In this document: one piece after another, positions 58,595 to 64,000 of the stretch | How the letters are laid out: each line of letters starts with the position of its first letter | Position numbering within the stretch: position 1 is the first letter of the stretch | Assembly (NCBI GenBank): GCA_963704725.1 | Contig: OY969934.1 | Span: forward strand, 2,720,001 to 2,784,000 | Length of the DNA: 64,000 nt | From: an uncultured Actinomycetes bacterium | GTDB lineage: Bacteria > Actinomycetota > UBA4738 > HRBIN12 | Direction: 5' to 3' | Notes under the pieces: model-generated | Database searches by the model: none | What the model was told of the DNA's origin: nothing | The model's input: only the letters and a program-made list of their open reading frames with translations | Position numbers and translations under genes: made by a program

Positions 58595-60007
58595 ATGGCC
58601 AAAACCGACTTCGATGTCGGCATCATCGGCGGCGGACCCGCCGGCGGCAGCATGGCGGCATACCTCGCCAAGGCGGGCGTCGACTGCGTGGTGTTCGAGA
58701 GCGAGCTCTTCCCGCGCCAGCACGTGGGCGAGTCCCTCGTCCCCTCCTCCACCCGCATCTTCAAGGACCTCGATTTCATCCCGGTGATGGAGCAGTACAA
58801 GTTCCCGCACAAGTACGGCGCGGTCTGGACCGCGGCGGCGGAGAACGCCAACGCGTACCAGCACGACTGGGAGGGCCTCGTCGCCGACTCCGTCGCCGAC
58901 CTGCGCTTCGAGGAGCGGAGCCAGGAGGGCGTCGACCAGATCTACACCTACCACGTGGACCGGGGGTTGTTCGACAACCTCCTCCTGCAGCACGCGCACG
59001 GGTACGGCGCGCAGGTCTACGAGGGCGTGGCCGTCAAGGGCGCCGACTTCAGCGACCCCGAGGTCGTCCGCGTCAAGTACGGGCTCGGACGGCGTGACGC
59101 CGAGACCACGGTCCGCATGCTGGTCGATGCGAGCGGCCGTCGGACGGTCATGGGCAACCAGATGAAGTGGCGGATCAAGGACGAGGTCTTCGACCAGTAC
59201 GCGATCCACACGTGGTTCGAGGGGTACGACCGCCTGACGGTCGCGCCCCGGGACACCTTGCGCGACTACATCTACGTCCACTTCCTGCCCATCACGAACA
59301 GCTGGATCTGGCAGATCCCGATCACCGATTCGGTCACCAGCATCGGCGTCGTCACGCAGAAGAAGCACTTCCGGGGCAGCAAGGAGTCGCGCGAGCAGTT
59401 CTTCTGGGACTGCATCGGCTCGCGTCCCGAGCTGTACGAGGCGCTGAAGGCCTCGACCCAGCTCCGGGGCCTGAAGGAGGAGGGCGACTACAGCTACGCG
59501 ATGAAGCAGCTCGCGGGCGACCGCCTCGTCCTGATCGGCGACGCAGGACGCTTCGTCGACCCGATCTTCTCGACCGGCGTGAGCATCGCCATGAACTGCG
59601 CTCGGTTCGCCCACAAGGACGTTCTCAAGGCGTTCGACACCGGTGACTTCTCCCGCGCGGCCTTCGAGACGTACGAGCAGGTGCTGCGGCTGGGGACCCG
59701 GAACTGGTACCGCTTCATCTCGGTCTACTATCGGCTGAACGTGCTCTTCACGGCGTTCGTCCGGGACCCCAGGTACCGCCTCGACGTCTTGAAGCTCCTG
59801 CAGGGCGACGTCTACGACGAGGCCGAGCCGCCCGTGCTGTCGAAGATGCGGGCCACCGTTCGCGCCGTCGAGAGCAACCCGGACCACATCTGGCACAACC
59901 TCCTGGGCGATCTGACCGCGAACGCGTTCGTGGACGCTGCTGAGGGAGCTCGTGACAACTTCGAGGGCGGCTCGATCCAGGACACCCTCGAGGGCGCGGT
60001 GGCCTGA
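58595..60007 (+). CDS. Flavin-dependent halogenase family protein
   Basis: GGGPAG, HVGESL, K.G (HKYGA), WIWQIP (WxWxIP), GDA.RFVDPIFSTG. Confidence 0.8.
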   Translation: MAKTDFDVGIIGGGPAGGSMAAYLAKAGVDCVVFESELFPRQHVGESLVPSSTRIFKDLDFIPVMEQYKFPHKYGAVWTAAAENANAYQHDWEGLVADSVADLRFEERSQEGVDQIYTYHVDRGLFDNLLLQHAHGYGAQVYEGVAVKGADFSDPEVVRVKYGLGRRDAETTVRMLVDASGRRTVMGNQMKWRIKDEVFDQYAIHTWFEGYDRLTVAPRDTLRDYIYVHFLPITNSWIWQIPITDSVTSIGVVTQKKHFRGSKESREQFFWDCIGSRPELYEALKASTQLRGLKEEGDYSYAMKQLAGDRLVLIGDAGRFVDPIFSTGVSIAMNCARFAHKDVLKAFDTGDFSRAAFETYEQVLRLGTRNWYRFISVYYRLNVLFTAFVRDPRYRLDVLKLLQGDVYDEAEPPVLSKMRATVRAVESNPDHIWHNLLGDLTANAFVDAAEGARDNFEGGSIQDTLEGAVA

Positions 60008-60058
60008 GCCTCGGGATGCATCGGACGCCCGGCCGGGCCGCGCGCCGGAGGTCCCTCA

Positions 60059-62233
60059 TCAGACGCGGGTCAGCGGCGCGTACGCGAGGAGCAGGCGCTT
60101 CTCGCCCACGTCCGCGAATCGCACGGTGGCCTCGGCGTCGGAGCCCGAGCCGCTCACCGTGAGGACCACGCCCTCGCCCCACCGCTCGTGCAGCACGGTG
60201 TCCCCAGCGGACACGGCGACCGGCTCGCGACGGCCCTCGACCGCGGCTCGGATCGGCGAGGGCTCCCCGGCCCCGATCACGGACTCGTCCTCCTCGATCG
60301 CCCGGACAAGCTCGGCGGGGATCTCACCCAGGAACCTCGAGGGAGGGTTGTACGACGTCGTCCCGAACAGCGTCCGGCTCCACGCGTGGGTCACGTACAG
60401 CCGTTCCCTGGCGCGCGTCACGCCGACGTACATCAGCCGGCGCTCCTCCTCGAGCTGCGACGGGTCGCCCATCGAGCGGTAGTGGGGGAAGACGCCGTCC
60501 TCCAGCCCGATGATGAACACGACGGGGAACTCGAGGCCCTTCGCGTTGTGCAACGTCATGAGCGTGACGCTCCCGGCCTCCTCGTCGTACTCGTCCTGCT
60601 CGCCCACGAGCGACACCTGCTCGAGGAAGTCGGACAGGGAGCCCGCCGGATCACGCTCCTCGAACTCGCCCGCGACGCCACCGAGCTCCCGGAGGTTCTC
60701 GATCCGGCCTTCGGCCTCCACCGTCCGCTCCGCCTCGAGCTCGAGCATGTAGCCGGACTCGGTGGCGGCGGCCTCGATCATCCGCCTCGGCCCCGCGCCC
60801 GAATCGAACGCCGCCCGAAGCAGATCCATCACCTGGACGAACCCCTCGACCGCCCCCTTCGCCCGCGAGCCGAGCGTCGGGATCTCGTCCGCGCGCCGGG
60901 TGGCCTCGAGGAACGGGATCTCCTCGAGCGCCGCCAGACCCTCCAGGGCAGCCACTGTGGCGTCCCCGATGCCGCGCTTCGGCGTGTTGATCACGCGCCG
61001 CGCGCTGACGACGTCCTGCGGGTTCACCAGAAGCCGGAGGTACGCCAGGACGTCCTTCACCTCCCTCCGCTGGTAGAAGCGGACGCCGCCGATGACGCGG
61101 TACGGCGTTCCCGAGCGGACGAAGACGTCCTCCAACACGCGACTCTGCGCGTTGGTCCGGTAGAAGATCGCGACGTCGGAATACCGGTAGCTCTCCTCCT
61201 CGGTCAGGCGGTGGACCTCCTCGGCGACGAACAGGGCCTCCTCGTGCTCGTTGTCCGCGCGGTAGCGGATGGCCAGCTCGCCGCCGTCGGTCTCGGTCCA
61301 CAGGCTCTTGGGCTTGCGCTGGACGTTGTGCTCGATCAGCGCGTTCGCCACGGCCAGGATGCTCGACGTGGAGCGGTAGTTCTGCTCCATCAGGAAGACC
61401 TCGGCGTCCGGATAGTCGCGCTCGAAGTCGAGGAGGTTCTGGATCGTCGCGCCCCGCCATGAGTACACGCCCTGGTCGGCGTCGCCCACGACGCAGACGT
61501 TGCGGTACTTCGCCGCCAGGAGGTTGACGAGCAGATACTGGGCCCGGTTCGTGTCCTGGTACTCGTCCACCAGGATGTACCGGAAGCGCTCCTGATAGTG
61601 CTCGAGCACGTCGGGGTGCTCGCGGAACAGCCGCACCGTCTCCGAGATCAGGTCGTCGAAGTCCAGCGCCCCGGCCGCCCGCTTGCGCTCCTCGTACGCC
61701 TGGTAGACCTTCGCGATCGTCTCCTCGTAGAAGTTGCTCGCCGCACCGACGAACTCGTCGGCCGACAGCACGTGGTCCTTCGCCCTGCCGATCGCGGCGG
61801 CCATGGCCCGCGGCGGGTACCGCTTCACGTCCAGGTTCAGGTCGCGCAGGACCCCCGAGATCAGCCGCTCGGTGTCGCCTTCGTCGTAGATCGTGAAGCT
61901 CCGGGGCAGGCCGAGATGCTCGTGCTCGCGGCGCAGGATCCTGGCGCAGGACGAGTGGAACGTGAGGATCCACATGCCCTGGGCGATCCGGCCGCCGAGC
62001 AGGTCCTCCACGCGCTCGGCCATCTCGCGCGCGGCCTTGTTGGTGAACGTGATGGCCAGGATCGCGTACGGGCTCGCCCCGCGCTCGCGGATGAGATGGG
62101 CGATCCGGTGCGTGAGGGCGCGGGTCTTGCCCGACCCGGCCCCGGCGACGATCAGCACCGGGCCCTCGGTGTGCAGGACGGCCTCGGCCTGGATGGGGTT
62201 GAGGTGTTCGAGCAGGGGCGATCCGGCCGGCAT
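60059..62233 (-). CDS. pcrA: ATP-dependent DNA helicase PcrA/UvrD
   Basis: AGAGSGKT, TFTNKAA, DEYQD, QNYRS, H.AKGLEF, EERRL.YV..TRA, C-terminal Tudor-like domain. Confidence 0.96.
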   Translation of the reverse strand: MPAGSPLLEHLNPIQAEAVLHTEGPVLIVAGAGSGKTRALTHRIAHLIRERGASPYAILAITFTNKAAREMAERVEDLLGGRIAQGMWILTFHSSCARILRREHEHLGLPRSFTIYDEGDTERLISGVLRDLNLDVKRYPPRAMAAAIGRAKDHVLSADEFVGAASNFYEETIAKVYQAYEERKRAAGALDFDDLISETVRLFREHPDVLEHYQERFRYILVDEYQDTNRAQYLLVNLLAAKYRNVCVVGDADQGVYSWRGATIQNLLDFERDYPDAEVFLMEQNYRSTSSILAVANALIEHNVQRKPKSLWTETDGGELAIRYRADNEHEEALFVAEEVHRLTEEESYRYSDVAIFYRTNAQSRVLEDVFVRSGTPYRVIGGVRFYQRREVKDVLAYLRLLVNPQDVVSARRVINTPKRGIGDATVAALEGLAALEEIPFLEATRRADEIPTLGSRAKGAVEGFVQVMDLLRAAFDSGAGPRRMIEAAATESGYMLELEAERTVEAEGRIENLRELGGVAGEFEERDPAGSLSDFLEQVSLVGEQDEYDEEAGSVTLMTLHNAKGLEFPVVFIIGLEDGVFPHYRSMGDPSQLEEERRLMYVGVTRARERLYVTHAWSRTLFGTTSYNPPSRFLGEIPAELVRAIEEDESVIGAGEPSPIRAAVEGRREPVAVSAGDTVLHERWGEGVVLTVSGSGSDAEATVRFADVGEKRLLLAYAPLTRV

Positions 62234-62303
62234 CCGGCCCATCATCCTACGGCCGGCCCCCGACCCCACCGACCGCCGCGCCGAACCTGCGACACTTTGA
62301 CCC

Positions 62304-62975
62304 GTGACGGACGTCGACACGCGGAGCGAGGCCACCCCGCCGGACGTCGAGGACGCCACCCGGGCCCGCCGCCGGCGGCTCGGCCGTATCCTCCGCGCGG
62401 CCGGGCTCCTGGCGATCGCCGCCGCGCTCGCGCTCGGCGGCTACGTCTGGTGGCAGCAATGGGGCACCGGGTTCGCCGCGCGAGCCGCCCAGAACGAGCT
62501 TCGTCCCGATTTCGAGCGCCGCGTGGCGACGGTCGCGCCGGCCGAGGCCCCGCCGCCCCGCGTCGCCAACGTCCCCGGCAGGGCGGTGGCGATCATCAAG
62601 ATCCCCGCGATCGACGTGGACCTGGTCGTGGTGGAGGGAACCGACACCGAGTCCCTCAAGAAGGGACCCGGGCACTACCTCGGGACGGCGTATCCGTGGC
62701 AGGACCGAGGACGGGTGGGGATCGCCGGCCACCGCACCACGTACGGCGCGCCGTTCTGGTCGCTGGACGAGCTCCGGCCCGGCGATCGCATCGTCCTCGC
62801 CACCGAGTACGGGATCTTCGACTACCGGGTCACCGGCTCCAGGATCATCGATCCCTCCGACGGCTCGGTCCTGGAGCCGACCGCCCGGCCGACACTCGTC
62901 CTCACCACGTGCAACCCCCGGTTCTCGGCGGCCGAGCGGCTGGTGGTGTTCGCCGACCGGGTCGGCCGCGTCTGA
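62304..62975 (+). CDS. Sortase (class E-like)
   Basis: N-terminal TM; GPGHY, AGHRTTYGAPF, LTTCNP, catalytic Arg in ERL. Confidence 0.92.
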   Translation: MTDVDTRSEATPPDVEDATRARRRRLGRILRAAGLLAIAAALALGGYVWWQQWGTGFAARAAQNELRPDFERRVATVAPAEAPPPRVANVPGRAVAIIKIPAIDVDLVVVEGTDTESLKKGPGHYLGTAYPWQDRGRVGIAGHRTTYGAPFWSLDELRPGDRIVLATEYGIFDYRVTGSRIIDPSDGSVLEPTARPTLVLTTCNPRFSAAERLVVFADRVGRV

Positions 62976-63014
62976 GCCCGCCCCGGGGCCCATACCGGGA
63001 CGGGCCGAAGGTCC

Positions 63015-63045
63015 TTGACCCTCCCCTCGGGGGAGAGGGCAGGCT
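63015..63045 (+). promoter_or_regulatory. MerR-type promoter/operator
   Basis: TTGACC (63015-63020), 19-nt spacer containing dyad CTCCCC-TCG-GGGGAG, CAGGCT (63040-63045). Confidence 0.75.
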
Positions 63046-63066
63046 GGCCCCGGGAGGCGAGCGGGC

Positions 63067-63627
63067 ATGACGGTGAAGAGCGCGCCGAAGACCGATCCGC
63101 ACCTCGTCGAGGTGTCCGAGCGGACGTTCCTGATGATCGACGGGCGTGGAGACCCCAACGGGTCGGAGGAGTTCCAGGATGCCGTCCAGGCCCTCTACAC
63201 GATCTCGTACGGGGTGAAGTTCCGCCTGAAGCGCTCGCACGGGGTGGACCGGAAGGTCGGGACGCTCGAGGGGCTGTGGTGGGCCGAGGACGAGCGATCC
63301 TGGCAACAGGACCGCTCCGCGTGGCGGTGGACGCTCATGATCGAGCAGCCCGACGAGGTGACCCCCGAGGTGGTCCAGGCCGTCGCACGGGAGAAGGGGC
63401 TCGAGACCCCGATGCGCCTCGAGCGCCTCGCCGAGGGGCTCGCCGCCGAGATCCTGCACGTGGGCCCGTTCGCCGAGGAGCCTCCCACGATCGAGAGGCT
63501 CCACGGATTCATCGCCGACCGGGGGCTACGCCGGACCGGGCGCCACCACGAGATCTACCTGAGCGATCTCCGCAGAACCGCGCCGGAGCGGCTTCGCACG
63601 ATCATCCGTCAGCCCGTCGAGCAGTGA
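63067..63627 (+). CDS. GyrI-like small-molecule-binding protein
   Basis: DG.GDPN, LEGLWW, W.WT.MI.QP, H.GP, HHEIYLSD, RTIIRQP. Confidence 0.88.
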   Translation: MTVKSAPKTDPHLVEVSERTFLMIDGRGDPNGSEEFQDAVQALYTISYGVKFRLKRSHGVDRKVGTLEGLWWAEDERSWQQDRSAWRWTLMIEQPDEVTPEVVQAVAREKGLETPMRLERLAEGLAAEILHVGPFAEEPPTIERLHGFIADRGLRRTGRHHEIYLSDLRRTAPERLRTIIRQPVEQ

Positions 63628-63636
63628 GGATGGAGC

Positions 63637-64000
63637 ATGGAGAACCTCGTCCCGATCGGGCGCTTCTCCAGGATGACCAGGCTCTCGATCAAGGCCCTTC
63701 GCCACTACGACGAGATCGGGCTACTCGTCCCGGCGGTGGTCGATCCCCTCTCCAGCTATCGGTACTACCGGCTGTCCCAGGCCAACCGCGCCGAGGCGAT
63801 CCGCGTTCTCCGCGGCCTGGACATGCCTCTCGAGGAGATCCGCGAGGTCCTCGCAGCCGACGATCCCGAGGTTGCGATCAAGCTCCTCGAGCTTCACCGG
63901 GGTCGACTGGAGGGTGAGGTCGAGCGGCAGAGCCGCGCCCTCGCCTACCTCGGTCGCCTGATCGAAAGGAAGGAGGGTGTCATGCCGTACGAGGTGCGGG
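63637..64000 (+). CDS. MerR family transcriptional regulator (3' truncated by window end)
   Basis: MENLVPIGRFSRMTRLSIKALRHYDEIGLLVP..VD..SSYRYY; GGAG SD. Confidence 0.9.
   Translation, partial: MENLVPIGRFSRMTRLSIKALRHYDEIGLLVPAVVDPLSSYRYYRLSQANRAEAIRVLRGLDMPLEEIREVLAADDPEVAIKLLELHRGRLEGEVERQSRALAYLGRLIERKEGVMPYEVR

Noticed and set aside
62304-62975. Sortase substrates among the Cu-operon tail-anchored proteins
   Set aside because: No LPXTG or LAXTG motif precedes their C-terminal TM segments
1-64000. CRISPR arrays, tRNA/rRNA, IS elements, integrases, prophage genes
   Set aside because: No regularly spaced repeats, RNA gene signatures or mobility genes recognised by eye; intergenic gaps are short. 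A covariance-model scan would be needed to exclude small ncRNAs

Overview
High-GC, gene-dense bacterial DNA, most likely from a member of Actinomycetota (inferred from the sucC-sucD-membrane protein-purN-purH order, class E sortase, DUF1918, F420 reductase and many leaderless TANNNT promoters). About 72 genes can be called. The backbone is central metabolism: acyl-CoA carboxylase alpha/beta/epsilon-like subunits with BirA, split methylmalonyl-CoA mutase, sucCD, sdhCDAB, mdh, citrate synthase, two tandem IDH-family genes, folD/metF, purNH and pcrA. The most interesting element is an 8-gene putative copper-acquisition operon (6865-13734: CopC/CopD fusion, His-motif secreted proteins, CPBP protease, orphan solute-binding protein). 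It is headed by a His-containing membrane leader protein ending in a RAPP ribosome-arrest motif, whose codons are complementary to the Shine-Dalgarno of the next gene. A second candidate arrest-peptide leader (HGPP) lies at 23544-23912. Other points: three probable CTG start codons, an internally deleted MazF, a Cys-less thiolase-fold/DUF35 cluster, a nucleotidyl cyclase with altered specificity residues, an orphan flavin-dependent halogenase, a MerR-type promoter and several small ORFs missed by the ORF track. No rRNA, tRNA, CRISPR or transposase was recognised. All calls come from motif recognition by eye; no searches were run.
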